Assembly: GCA_019309045.1 (NCBI GenBank)
Contig: JAFDGZ010000004.1
Span: forward strand, 5,178 to 69,177
From: Deltaproteobacteria bacterium
Lineage (GTDB): Bacteria; Desulfobacterota; Syntrophobacteria; BM002
Reading direction: 5' to 3'
DNA: 64,000 bases
Part shown: positions 9,664 through 19,678 of the stretch, piece by piece
Layout: each line of letters starts with the position of its first letter
Position numbering within the stretch: position 1 is the first letter of the stretch
Program-made: the position numbers and the translations under genes
The notes under the pieces: generated by a model
Database searches by the model: none
Seen by the model: the letters and a program-made list of their open reading frames with translations, nothing else
Told to the model about the DNA's origin: nothing

Positions 9664-9819
9664 GGGAGCCACCTCATATACATGTGGGTAACTGTATGGC
9701 CATCTGCAAAGACTTTTGTTGCTGTATTTTAGCTTTTTCCTCCACATTTGTCACCATTGACTGCTCCAAGCCGGAACAGTTGACTGGATGCCCTTCTCCA
9801 GAGCGAGATTTTTTGGCGT

Positions 9820-10596
9820 TCAAGTCAAGGAGGTGGCCTGGGGCAGGGCTCCTATCTGACGGAGTAATTTCAGGGACTTCAGATCCTTCTCCAGGTGGTG
9901 GCGGAGGAGATCGATGAGCAGGGGGCGGCATTCCTCCCGCGAGCGTGGATGAAATCTGAGTCGCCACATTCGGGCTACCGGAAACAGTTGGGCCTGGCGG
10001 AGGAGCAGGATTGTTCCCAATGAAACGGCATAGCTGTCAGTGCTCCGGCTGTGCTCAGGGCAGCAAAGTGAGCCTGCTGCAACTGAAAAAGACCATCCCG
10101 CAGCAGCGTCTGGCTGGCGATGGCACTGAATACAACCTTGTAGATTTGGGGCAAAGCCGCTCAGACTGAGGACGCGTATCTGAAAAAGCAGGGAGATGCT
10201 TTCAGGATCACGACCCTTTTCCAGTTGCAGCAGATATTGCAGCAGCAAGTCAAACAGAGGGGGATTGGCCTGACGCTCAGGTGCAATGCCAAGGATCACC
10301 TCACAACCGAGGCTGCCGTAGCCCAGCCGTTCAATATCTGCTCGCAGCGAGGTGAAGGGATTTCTCAATTCGCTGGCATCGATGCGCACCAAGCCAGAAG
10401 CAGAGCGCTCAGCGTAGGTGATGCTTGCGTAGCAGAGAGGCTCCAGGGAATGGACAAACCTCTTCTTGCTGCGGCGCGCTCCCTTGGCAATGCCCTTCAA
10501 GAGCCCCGTTCGTCTGCTGAAAAAAGTAATCAGACGGTCTGATTCGCCGTAATCAGTTGTTCTGAGGATGATCGATCTGCTGCGGCGGATAATCAT
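9820..10596 (-). CDS. recO: DNA repair protein RecO
   Basis: The N-terminal OB-fold signature IILRTTDYGESDRLITFFSRRTGLLKGIAKGAR is present, with a C-terminal Cys cluster (CIQCH...CCPEH). The exact start is uncertain. Confidence 0.8.
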   Translation of the reverse strand: MIIRRSRSIILRTTDYGESDRLITFFSRRTGLLKGIAKGARRSKKRFVHSLEPLCYASITYAERSASGLVRIDASELRNPFTSLRADIERLGYGSLGCEVILGIAPERQANPPLFDLLLQYLLQLEKGRDPESISLLFQIRVLSLSGFAPNLQGCIQCHRQPDAAAGWSFSVAAGSLCCPEHSRSTDSYAVSLGTILLLRQAQLFPVARMWRLRFHPRSREECRPLLIDLLRHHLEKDLKSLKLLRQIGALPQATSLT

Positions 10597-10683
10597 CTGC
10601 ATTCCCTGCAGCCAAAATAGGCCCCACAGTTGCTGAGCAACCAACTTGACACAGAGTATTGTTGGCCTCCACTGCCGAGCTTG

Positions 10684-12042
10684 TCAACTCACAATGTACT
10701 TCAAAAAGATGGTGGATATGGAGAGATAGATGAGAATGCCGGTAATATCATTGGCTGTTGTCACGAAGGGGCCAGAGGCCACCGCTGGATCTATGCCAAA
10801 GCGCTTGAACATGATGGGCACCACTGTGCCCATGAATGATGCCACTGTGATGGCGCCAGCCATGGCTGAGCCCACAGTAAGCCCTAGAGCCGCATTGTGG
10901 TGCCACAATTCTGCACAGATGCCCACAGTGAGACCGCAGGCCGCGGCCATGATCAGACCCACCTTGACTTCCTTGAACACGGCGCGGCCGACGCTGCGCA
11001 AATCGACCTGACCCGTTGCCAACCCTCTCACCGTAATGGATGAGGACTGCAGCCCCACATTGCCGCCCATGGCTGTAATGACCGGCACAAAGGTGACCAG
11101 GACAATGGCATCAGCAAGGGTAACCTTGAAGAGCCAGAGCAAATATCCGGTCAGCAAGCCGCCGAAGAGGTTGGTGATGAGCCAGGGAAGACGCACGCGG
11201 GAAATCTTCCAGATCTGATCCCCATACACCAGTTCATCCTCATGGGTGCCTGCCATGCGCAGGACGTCCTCAGAGACCTCTTCTTCGATAATATCGACAA
11301 TATCATCTATGGTTATCCGTCCTATGAGGCAGCCGTTATGATCCACCACCGGCGCGGAAATGAGATCGTACTTCTGGAACATCCTTGCCACATCCTCCTG
11401 GTCCATATCCACAGGAATAGGATGAATAGCAGTGTCCATGACCTCCGAGACTTTGTCCTCTGGCTTTGCCAGAATGAGCTTTCGCAGGCTCAACTGGCCC
11501 ACCACCTTGTCGCTTTGATCTACCACGAAGATGTTGGCGAGCCCCTCCAGTTCGGCGCCATGCTCTCTGACGTGGTTGATGGCGTCTGCCACCGTGGACT
11601 CCAAGGGTACGGCCAGATACTCTGCCTGCATGATGCCGCCGGCAGTCTCTTCGCCATAAGCGAGAAGTCGGCGCACCCTGCGGGAGTCCCTGATGTCAAC
11701 GTGCGCCAGTACTTCTTCCACCATTTCTTGTGGTCTGCCGGCAAGCAGATCGGCAGCATCGTCAGAGTCCAATTCATCAACAATTTCACCCAGTTGACGG
11801 TGGGAAAGATGGGCGACAATCTGATCTCTTGAGTACTCGGAGAGCTCTGAGATTACCTCGGAAGCGGTGTCTGTATCGAGCCTCTGAAACAATAACTTTT
11901 TTTCTGCTTCATCGAGTTGTTCGAAAAGATCAGCAATGTCTGCAGGGTGGAGTTGGGCGAGCAACTTGGTGGCCTCCGCCACCTTCTGTTCGTTGAGAAG
12001 TGATTTCAGCTTGTCGAGAAGAGTTTTGTTATCAATGCTCAT
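10684..12042 (-). CDS. mgtE: Magnesium transporter MgtE
   Basis: MgtE N-domain, tandem CBS domains and a C-terminal five-TM MgtE channel region are all recognisable. Confidence 0.9.
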   Translation of the reverse strand: MSIDNKTLLDKLKSLLNEQKVAEATKLLAQLHPADIADLFEQLDEAEKKLLFQRLDTDTASEVISELSEYSRDQIVAHLSHRQLGEIVDELDSDDAADLLAGRPQEMVEEVLAHVDIRDSRRVRRLLAYGEETAGGIMQAEYLAVPLESTVADAINHVREHGAELEGLANIFVVDQSDKVVGQLSLRKLILAKPEDKVSEVMDTAIHPIPVDMDQEDVARMFQKYDLISAPVVDHNGCLIGRITIDDIVDIIEEEVSEDVLRMAGTHEDELVYGDQIWKISRVRLPWLITNLFGGLLTGYLLWLFKVTLADAIVLVTFVPVITAMGGNVGLQSSSITVRGLATGQVDLRSVGRAVFKEVKVGLIMAAACGLTVGICAELWHHNAALGLTVGSAMAGAITVASFMGTVVPIMFKRFGIDPAVASGPFVTTANDITGILIYLSISTIFLKYIVS

Positions 12043-12049
12043 GGGATTG

Positions 12050-13054
12050 TCAGGGGGACGGAGTTTCGGAATAGCTCTCCTGCATCAAGGCTGGATCTGG
12101 CAGGAGCAACTGGACAACCTGGCCGCTGGCCCCGAGAGGTTTTAGGGGCTTGCTGTTCAGAAATAGCTTTACTCCAGCAGCATTTCCTATGCGAAGCTTG
12201 AACTTGGATTTGGCTTGCCACTTCATAACCTCTCCTGATTTAAGGATATATTCAGACGGCTTCCTGTCATCGATGATAATTTTCAGCCAGGTCGGCTCGA
12301 CTGCTTCAGCCCTGAGTTCATATGGCGCCGTCAGCGTGGGCTCCGGGGGAGTTCGGCTACCAGCGGCGAGCTGGAGTTTGACTGCAGGCTCTTCTTTCGG
12401 GGCGGCGGGCTTTTCTGCGGCAGATTGGGGCTGGGCCACAACCTTTGCGGTGGTGCTGCTCGGCTGCTCTTCTGGAGCTGGGGCTGCTACTTCCTCTTCT
12501 GCTGCAGCTGGAGAAGGCTCTGAACCAGGAGCTTTCACCGCCGAAACTGTCGAACCAGCTGCTGCTTCAGCACCGGGGCTGGATTTGGAGGACGGCTGTT
12601 TTTCAACAGCTGCAGAAGGTGCAGCAGTTTCTTGCGGGCCGACCTGAGGCAGGCCACCTGAGGGCAGCTGGGGCTGGAAGTGCAGAATCAACCAGAGGAT
12701 TACCCCGGCGACGCCCAGGATGGCCGCTGCCCCTGCGCCCAGCAGGAGTCCTTTTCTCGTTCTCGAGCTGCGAATTTGTCGCTCATGAAACTTCACCAGG
12801 GCCTCGTCGCCTGTGCTTTCCTCTTCAATGAGATCCTGGTACCTGAGAACCACAGCCTCAGGATCCAGACCCACCCGCTCCGCATAGGCGCGCAAGAAGC
12901 CCTTCACCAGTACAGGTGCGGGCAGTTGCGTGGTGTTGCCTGCTTCCAGGGCATTGAGCATCAACAGACTGATTTTGGTATCGGCGACAATCTCTTCCAA
13001 ACTAATGCCGCGCGCTTCTCGTTCCGACCTGAGATATTCTCCGAGACTTTTCAT
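12050..13054 (-). CDS. RodZ-like cytoskeleton protein: XRE-type HTH, single TM helix, Pro/Ala-rich linker, C-terminal DUF4115-like domain
   Basis: The N-terminal HTH is MKSLGEYLRSEREARGISLEEI. A TM helix (LLLGAGAAAILGVAGVILWLIL) follows. A long AP/E-rich linker leads to a conserved C-terminal beta domain. Confidence 0.65.
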   Translation of the reverse strand: MKSLGEYLRSEREARGISLEEIVADTKISLLMLNALEAGNTTQLPAPVLVKGFLRAYAERVGLDPEAVVLRYQDLIEEESTGDEALVKFHERQIRSSRTRKGLLLGAGAAAILGVAGVILWLILHFQPQLPSGGLPQVGPQETAAPSAAVEKQPSSKSSPGAEAAAGSTVSAVKAPGSEPSPAAAEEEVAAPAPEEQPSSTTAKVVAQPQSAAEKPAAPKEEPAVKLQLAAGSRTPPEPTLTAPYELRAEAVEPTWLKIIIDDRKPSEYILKSGEVMKWQAKSKFKLRIGNAAGVKLFLNSKPLKPLGASGQVVQLLLPDPALMQESYSETPSP

Positions 13055-13097
13055 GGCCTCATTTCCCATTTTGTGGCGAGTTGCGGCGTTGAGTCCG

Positions 13098-14078
13098 TCA
13101 ATAGACAATCTTTATATACGAACGTTCTCTGAGCCCCTTGAGCCATTGTCTAAACTTGCGATTCATTTCTTCCCTGTATAGCTTTGCGCGTATCCTGTCT
13201 CGCACCTCATCGAGAGACTTGGCAGCTGTTCTGTCTACCTCGACTATTCGAATGATGTGAACACCCCGGCTCGTTTCGATTACTGGACTCAGGTCACCAG
13301 GGCCGAGATCCTTGATGGCCTCTTCGATAACAGGATCCAGTTCGCCCTTGGAAAAGTAGCCCAATTCTCCACCCTCCGCCGCACCCGGACCTCTGCTGTA
13401 ACGGCGAGCAAGGGCAGCAAAATCCTGACCTTGCTTGAGTTGCTGGAGTATATGGTGTGCCTGGGCGAGAACCTGCGAGCGCTCTTGTGCTGACATCTCC
13501 GGAGATAAGGGCAGGAAAATATCCTGGAGACGCTGTCTTGCCTTTTCCTGGAATTCTTGCAGATGTGCTTTGTAGTACTTGTCGATTTGCTCGTCTGTGA
13601 TGACCGTTTTTCTTCTAACCTGCAGGTTGATTAGGCGGCTTCGCTTCAAATTGCTCTTGATGGTCTCCCTCAATTCCTCGATGGTCTTTCCTTCTTTACG
13701 AAGCTGTGCCTCGAGGGCTGCCTGGCTCATATGGTTTTCTCGACGTATCTTGTCCACAGCCTGGTCAATCTCGGCCTCGCTCACCGTGATTTTCAAGCGG
13801 CTGATCTCCTGCTGTGCCAGTCGTTCGTCGATCATGTTCTCTAATATTGTGCGGCGGATCTGGTCCAGAGATTCCTTGTTGTTTTTCACCAGGGGGTTCA
13901 GTCTTCTGAGGGCGATATACTGATCCACATTTTCTTCGAGCTCGCTCAGGGTAATAATGTCGTCATTTACGTAAGCAACGATGCGATCCACAATCTGCAC
14001 AGCAGGTGCTGCTCGGGCCAGGAAAGCTCCCAATAAAATCATGAGAGTCAGGCAAAATGGAAGACGCTTGCCGTACAT
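13098..14078 (-). CDS. SurA-family periplasmic chaperone/peptidyl-prolyl isomerase: SurA_N domain plus one parvulin domain
   Basis: Signal peptide, a SurA N-terminal helical domain, and a parvulin PPIase core (GGELGYFSKGELDPVIEEAIKDLGPGDLSPVIETSRGVHIIRI). Confidence 0.75.
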   Translation of the reverse strand: MYGKRLPFCLTLMILLGAFLARAAPAVQIVDRIVAYVNDDIITLSELEENVDQYIALRRLNPLVKNNKESLDQIRRTILENMIDERLAQQEISRLKITVSEAEIDQAVDKIRRENHMSQAALEAQLRKEGKTIEELRETIKSNLKRSRLINLQVRRKTVITDEQIDKYYKAHLQEFQEKARQRLQDIFLPLSPEMSAQERSQVLAQAHHILQQLKQGQDFAALARRYSRGPGAAEGGELGYFSKGELDPVIEEAIKDLGPGDLSPVIETSRGVHIIRIVEVDRTAAKSLDEVRDRIRAKLYREEMNRKFRQWLKGLRERSYIKIVY

Positions 14079-14160
14079 GAGCCATCCTAGAATATGCCGA
14101 GCGTCAAGATCTAACTGCCCGTACTCAAAACAAAAACGCGTAAATAAGTTTGATAACACG

Positions 14161-17100
14161 TTACTGTAACTTCTGCAAGAGCTTTTTCAGCTCCGCCAGG
14201 GATTGCTCTACTTCTCCGCAAGAGGTTTTCACCCGGAGGCGGAAGTCTGTAGATAACCTGAAACGTTCCGGCTCAGTGGCGGCCAGCTGCACCAGTTTTC
14301 CCACATCAATGTCCGGGTCTTCCACAAAACTGAGGGTAAAGAAGCCATCAGCTGCATCCAACCGTTTCACCCAGAGCTTCCGCAGTAACACTTTGAGCTC
14401 CAGAACCGCCAGCAGGTGCTTCGCCTCCTGGGGAAGCGGCCCGAATCGATCTACAAGTTCTTCCTGCATGCTTTGCAGACTCGCTTCATCATGAGCTGCA
14501 GCCAACCGCCTGTACATAAGGAGCCGTTGCCGGCCATCCTCTATATAGCTTGCTGGCAAATGAGCTGAAATATTGAGGTGAATTTCAGGCTCCACTGGTT
14601 CAATCAGCTGTTCACCTTTGAGTTCAGCTATGGTCTTTTCCATCAAGTGAACATACATTTCATAGCCTACAGCGGCGATGTGTCCGGATTGGGCTGCGCC
14701 GAGTATGTTGCCGGCGCCGCGGATTTGCAGGTCATTGAGAGCGATCTTGAAACCGGAGCCCAATTCAGTAAAATCCATCAACGCGGTCAAACGACGTTGA
14801 GCCTGGCGGGTGAGGAGATGTTCCCCTGGCACGAGCAGGTAAGCATAGGCCTGTTCTGATGAGCGTCCCACTCGCCCCCTGAGCTGGTATATTTGCGCCA
14901 GGCCGAACTTGTCAGCCCGATTGATGAATATGGTATTGGCTGCCGGGATATCCAGTCCTGACTCGATGATGGTGGTGCAGACAAGGACGTCGAGCCGCTG
15001 GCGGACGAAATCCAGCATGACTCTTTCCAGATCACGTTCCCGCATCTGGCCGTGAGCTACAGCCACTGTTGCTTCAGGAACCAGTTCCTTGATATGGTTG
15101 GCCATCCGGTATATTGTCTTCACATTATTATGGACAAAAAATACCTGCCCTCCACGTTTTTTTTCATGGAGGATGCCGTCTCTGATCACCGCATCGTCGA
15201 AGGCGCATATTCGCGTCACAATAGCGCGCCTATCTTCGGGTGCCGTGTCAATGGTGCTCAAGTTCCTAATGCCTACCAGGGACATGTGCAGGGTGCGAGG
15301 GATGGGCGTAGCGGTCAGGGTAAGCACATCCACCTGGGAACGCAACTTTTTCAGCTTCTCCTTGTGCCTGACGCCGAAACGGTGTTCCTCATCGATAATC
15401 AGCAGGCCAAGATCCCTGAAAAGCACATCATCTTGCAGCAGCCGGTGTGTGCCTATAATGATGTCTATACGACCTTGTCGTAGATCTGCCAGAATTTTCT
15501 GTTGAGCTGCCCGGCTCTTGAAACGACTGAGCACATCCAGAAATACAGGATAACCGTCGAGCCTTTCTTTGAAAGTAAGAAAATGCTGCTCGGCCAAAAC
15601 CGTGGTGGGCACGAGCAAGGCGACCTGTTTGCCATCCATCACAGCTTTGAAAGCAGCCCGTAGGGCCACCTCAGTTTTGCCGAAGCCCACATCACCGCAT
15701 ATGAGCCGGTCCATGCACTGGCTGGACTGCATGTCGGCAAGCACATCGTTGATGGCTGCAGCCTGATCCGCTGTTTCCTCATGTGGAAAAGAGGCTTCGA
15801 ATTCCCTGAAAATAGTGTCCGGCGGGGAAAACCGGGTCCCTTCCTTGAGCTGGCGTTCAGCGTAAATCTGCAGGAGTTCGCGGGCCATCTCCTGGATGGA
15901 TTTCTGAACCTTCTTTCTGGTGGCAGTCCAACGTCTGTCCCCAAGTTTATCGACTCTGACGTGGTGCCCGTCGATGCCGATGTAGCGGTGCACCCTGTTG
16001 AGGCGATCAACAGGCAGGTAGAGTCGGTCGCCGTCCTGATACTCGAGAAAGAGGAAATCATTTGCCAGCCCATCGACTTTGAGATGGACCAGTCCCTGAT
16101 ATACGCCAATGCCGTGGTCGAGGTGAACCACGTAATCCCCTGGCTGCAGTTCGGCAAAGGAGTCAACTGGCCGTCCTGCTGCAGGGTGGCTCAAACGTCT
16201 TCTTCGCTGTTTGTCCCCGTATAGTTCCGTTTCGGTGACCACGGCCAGTCCCTCGTCAGCCCACAGGAATCCTCGCGGGAAATCTCCCAGAAGGATCTTT
16301 GTCACCGGGGCGTGGAAGGAAAGTTCCGTGAACTTGTGGCTGCTGAAGGTTGCATCCACACCATAGTCGGTAAGTAATTCCTGGACACGACGCGCCTGCT
16401 CAGCGGTGCGGCAGATGAGAAACGGGCTTATCCCTGACTTTTGCCACAGGAGCAGTCGGCGCGCCAGTGGTTCGAGCAGCCTTTGGCGCTCTGAATGGCT
16501 GGCGATTTCCTGTCGAAGACTGTCATGATCTTCCACGAGAAATCGGAGGGTTTTTCTCCTGGGCTGAGGAGAATGATCTTCCACTGGCAGACCACCCTGA
16601 CGGATTTGTGGATAGCGCTCGCAGAACTCATGCAGTTCCTCAGGTTTGAGGAGATGGCTGTCGGCAGGGAGCAGCCAGCCTCCCTGGAAGAGGTCTTCGT
16701 CGTGTTTGCGCTCTGCCTCTGCGAATCGATCTCTCACCTCTCTGGCAATTGCCCCAGGGTTGGAGAGAACAACTACGGCGGACCCTGGCAGATAATGGAA
16801 GAGAGACTCCAGCTGCTGGTAGTACAGGGGCAGCAGCCGATCAATGCCAGGATAGTGCTGGCCACGGACCGCCCGGCTCAACCATGAGTCCAGTCTGCTT
16901 CGACCCTCGGCTGCCTCTCTCTGAATTCTGCTCAGTTGTGGGCGGGCCCGCTGCTCATTCTCTGCTGTGAGAATAACCTCATGGGCAGGTATGAGGATGA
17001 CATCTTCCAGCACAGCCAGGGAACGCTGACTGCCAGGGTTGAAAAGCCTGATGGACTCCAGTGTTTCATCGAAGAACTCGAGGCGGATTGGCTGATGATA

Positions 17101-17739
17101 AAGAGGTGTGAAGAGATCGATGATATCTCCCCTGACACTGAAATCGCCCACTGCCTCCACCAGTTCAGTGCGATAATAGCCGCAGGTTACAAGGTGGGAG
17201 ATGAGGTCTTGACGATCAACAGACTCACCAAGCACCAGATATCGACTGGCTGCCATGCAGTCCTGTTTGGGCAAAACTTTTTCCATGACTGCGGCGGCTG
17301 GGGCTACAAGGATCTTGGCAGCGCCACTTGCTGCTGAGACATATAGGGCTGCCAGTCGTTGGGCCTGAATAGCAGGTGCAACCATAGGTTCTCTGGCCAT
17401 CAGCTGACGCGCTGCAGGAAAATGCCAGAGGGGGCACTCCAGTGGGTCTGCAGACCACTGTTCAGGCAGTCCGAGAAAAAAAGAGAGACTCTGGTGTATT
17501 TGCGATGCCTGTCTGCTTGTAGAGGTGAGCAGGAGAATGGTGCGCTTGATGCGGGCAAGTAGCCTGCTCAGAACATAGGCGAGACTCCACTCTGTCAGAC
17601 CCTGGAGATCGATCTGCCTGGCGCCGCCTTCTATGAGGGTGTACAGGTCGTGGAGGCGCGCCCCTCCTACCAGAGGCTTCCACTCCTGCTCTTCTTGTCT
17701 ACGGGTGGGCAAGCTCAAGGATTCCACTCCACAAACCAC
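14161..17739 (-). CDS. mfd: Transcription-repair coupling factor Mfd
   Basis: 1192 aa with a UvrB-homology N-terminus and an RNAP-interacting domain. The DEAD-like helicase motifs are LICGDVGFGKTEVALRAAF and DEEHRFG, and a TRCF C-terminal domain follows. Confidence 0.95.
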   Translation of the reverse strand: MVCGVESLSLPTRRQEEQEWKPLVGGARLHDLYTLIEGGARQIDLQGLTEWSLAYVLSRLLARIKRTILLLTSTSRQASQIHQSLSFFLGLPEQWSADPLECPLWHFPAARQLMAREPMVAPAIQAQRLAALYVSAASGAAKILVAPAAAVMEKVLPKQDCMAASRYLVLGESVDRQDLISHLVTCGYYRTELVEAVGDFSVRGDIIDLFTPLYHQPIRLEFFDETLESIRLFNPGSQRSLAVLEDVILIPAHEVILTAENEQRARPQLSRIQREAAEGRSRLDSWLSRAVRGQHYPGIDRLLPLYYQQLESLFHYLPGSAVVVLSNPGAIAREVRDRFAEAERKHDEDLFQGGWLLPADSHLLKPEELHEFCERYPQIRQGGLPVEDHSPQPRRKTLRFLVEDHDSLRQEIASHSERQRLLEPLARRLLLWQKSGISPFLICRTAEQARRVQELLTDYGVDATFSSHKFTELSFHAPVTKILLGDFPRGFLWADEGLAVVTETELYGDKQRRRRLSHPAAGRPVDSFAELQPGDYVVHLDHGIGVYQGLVHLKVDGLANDFLFLEYQDGDRLYLPVDRLNRVHRYIGIDGHHVRVDKLGDRRWTATRKKVQKSIQEMARELLQIYAERQLKEGTRFSPPDTIFREFEASFPHEETADQAAAINDVLADMQSSQCMDRLICGDVGFGKTEVALRAAFKAVMDGKQVALLVPTTVLAEQHFLTFKERLDGYPVFLDVLSRFKSRAAQQKILADLRQGRIDIIIGTHRLLQDDVLFRDLGLLIIDEEHRFGVRHKEKLKKLRSQVDVLTLTATPIPRTLHMSLVGIRNLSTIDTAPEDRRAIVTRICAFDDAVIRDGILHEKKRGGQVFFVHNNVKTIYRMANHIKELVPEATVAVAHGQMRERDLERVMLDFVRQRLDVLVCTTIIESGLDIPAANTIFINRADKFGLAQIYQLRGRVGRSSEQAYAYLLVPGEHLLTRQAQRRLTALMDFTELGSGFKIALNDLQIRGAGNILGAAQSGHIAAVGYEMYVHLMEKTIAELKGEQLIEPVEPEIHLNISAHLPASYIEDGRQRLLMYRRLAAAHDEASLQSMQEELVDRFGPLPQEAKHLLAVLELKVLLRKLWVKRLDAADGFFTLSFVEDPDIDVGKLVQLAATEPERFRLSTDFRLRVKTSCGEVEQSLAELKKLLQKLQ

Positions 17740-18207
17740 GGTTCATCTGAAAAGATAATAGTTGCCGGCATCTATTAGTGTAACTACTCTCCCGGCATTT
17801 ATAGCATGATTTGCCTGGCGAAAAGAGCTTTGCAGAGGTTGACAGCATGGGGGTTGCAGCTTTTCCAGTCTGCCACCTGCTAAGCATCTTCAGGGCGCGA
17901 AAAAACTAACGTATCTCTCGGCAGATTGCAAGAGAATGGAGTTGTGCAAAGAGTTCGACAATGCAGTGACGACACCCATAAGATGGAGCTGGAGCACTGG
18001 CTGGATTCATGCCGGCTGCAGCAGGCTGTTCAGGCAAAAACCTTGCCATCTTGCGGGGATTCGTGTAGTAGAAAAGCTGCAGGGGTGGAGGGCAGCAACT
18101 GACTGCTGATGTGGAAAGCAGTTCATATCCGGCAATCCATCTCAGGGGGTACGGTTTATTGCAGCAACCTGCTGCTTGTTTCATGCCGATTTCAAGGGGA
18201 TTGGCTC

Positions 18208-19620
18208 ATGAATGATGTAAGCGTCCAAGAATTATTGCGATCCTTGCCAGCAGTGGACGAACTGCTTCGCCACCAGCAGATAGAGAAGCTCCTGCAGCAA
18301 CAGCCGCGATCTCTGGTGGTCATGGTTGTGCGACAGGTTTTGAGTCGCTACCGGAGTGAGATCCTGGAGGGAGTGTCCACCTCCAAGAGGGCTGTACCAG
18401 AGATTGAACAACTGGTTCAGAATGTGATCAGAGACACTGAAAAACGGGCCGCTTTTACCCTGCGCAGCCTCGTCAATGGCACTGGCATTATTGTGCACAC
18501 CAACTTGGGGCGCTCGCTTCTCTGTGAAGCTGCCCTGGAGCGGCTGCAACTTATTGGCAGCCATTATACAAACCTGGAATACGATCTCGAGGCCGGGGCC
18601 AGAGGATCACGCTACGTTCATGCCGAGGAGATTCTTTGCGAGATCACCGGGGCAGAAGGGGCTCTGGTGGTCAACAATAATGCCGGTGCAGTTCTCCTCG
18701 TGCTGAACACTCTTGCCCAGGGTCTGGAGGTTATTGTCTCGAGGGGAGAGTTGGTGGAGATTGGCGGGGCGTTTCGCATTCCTGATGTGATGGCAAAAAG
18801 CGGCGCTCGATTGCACGAGGTGGGCTGCACCAATCGTACCCATCTACATGATTATGAGAGAAGTATCGGGCCTGAAACCGGCTTGCTGCTCAAGGCGCAT
18901 ACGAGCAACTATCAAATTGTCGGCTTTACCGCCAGTGTGGATTTGCAATCCCTGGTGGGACTTGGCAGGAAGCACGGGCTGCCGGTAATGGAAGATCTCG
19001 GCAGCGGCTGTTTTGTTGATCTGTCTCGTTTTGGGCTCCAGGGAGAGCCAACAGTGCAGGATTCAGTCGCCACTGGGGTGGATGTGGTTACTTTCAGCGG
19101 GGACAAGCTTCTCGGAGGCCCTCAGGCTGGCATCATTCTCGCCCGCAAGGACATCATAGCCCGACTGCGGCAGAATCCTCTCACCAGAGCCCTGCGGATC
19201 GACAAGCTGACCCTGGCAGCCCTGGAGGCAACCTTGCGCCTCTACCGGGATGAGGAGACTGCCGTCCGCTCTATCCCTACGCTGAAAATGATTGCTGCAG
19301 ATGAGGAGGAACTGCAGAGGAGGGCGGCTGCAGTTGTGGCCCAGATCCGCGCCGCAGCGGGCAGCACTCTGGAAGCGGAAATTATTGCAGGCTTTTCCAA
19401 AGTGGGCGGCGGCGCCCTGCCTGTGCAGACGTTGCCCTCCAAATTAGTGGCTCTGCACTCTAGAAAATTTTCGGCATCCCAGCTGGAAAAACTTTTCAGA
19501 AGGCACCAGCCACCTGTTATCGGCAGGATTGAACAGGATATTTTTGTTCTGGACGTCAGAACCTTGCAATCTGGAGACGAAGACATCATTGCTGCTGCTG
19601 CCAGCCTGCAGGCAAGCTGA
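18208..19620 (+). CDS. selA: L-seryl-tRNA(Sec) selenium transferase SelA
   Basis: The PLP-lysine motif FSGDKLLGGPQAGI is present, with a SelA N-terminal domain. The start was set at MNDVSVQELLRSL. Confidence 0.9.
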   Translation: MNDVSVQELLRSLPAVDELLRHQQIEKLLQQQPRSLVVMVVRQVLSRYRSEILEGVSTSKRAVPEIEQLVQNVIRDTEKRAAFTLRSLVNGTGIIVHTNLGRSLLCEAALERLQLIGSHYTNLEYDLEAGARGSRYVHAEEILCEITGAEGALVVNNNAGAVLLVLNTLAQGLEVIVSRGELVEIGGAFRIPDVMAKSGARLHEVGCTNRTHLHDYERSIGPETGLLLKAHTSNYQIVGFTASVDLQSLVGLGRKHGLPVMEDLGSGCFVDLSRFGLQGEPTVQDSVATGVDVVTFSGDKLLGGPQAGIILARKDIIARLRQNPLTRALRIDKLTLAALEATLRLYRDEETAVRSIPTLKMIAADEEELQRRAAAVVAQIRAAAGSTLEAEIIAGFSKVGGGALPVQTLPSKLVALHSRKFSASQLEKLFRRHQPPVIGRIEQDIFVLDVRTLQSGDEDIIAAAASLQAS

Positions 19621-19678
19621 AAGAGGGCTTTCCCGGATCAGGACTTCAATGGCAGATTAGTGGAGGTGGGATCAAAGC

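Noticed and set aside
17740-18207. Possible tRNA-Sec (selC) or other tRNA in the long spacer upstream of selA
   Set aside because: No cloverleaf with an anticodon-stem/loop context containing TCA could be found on either strand. No tRNA-like sequence was recognised anywhere in the window.
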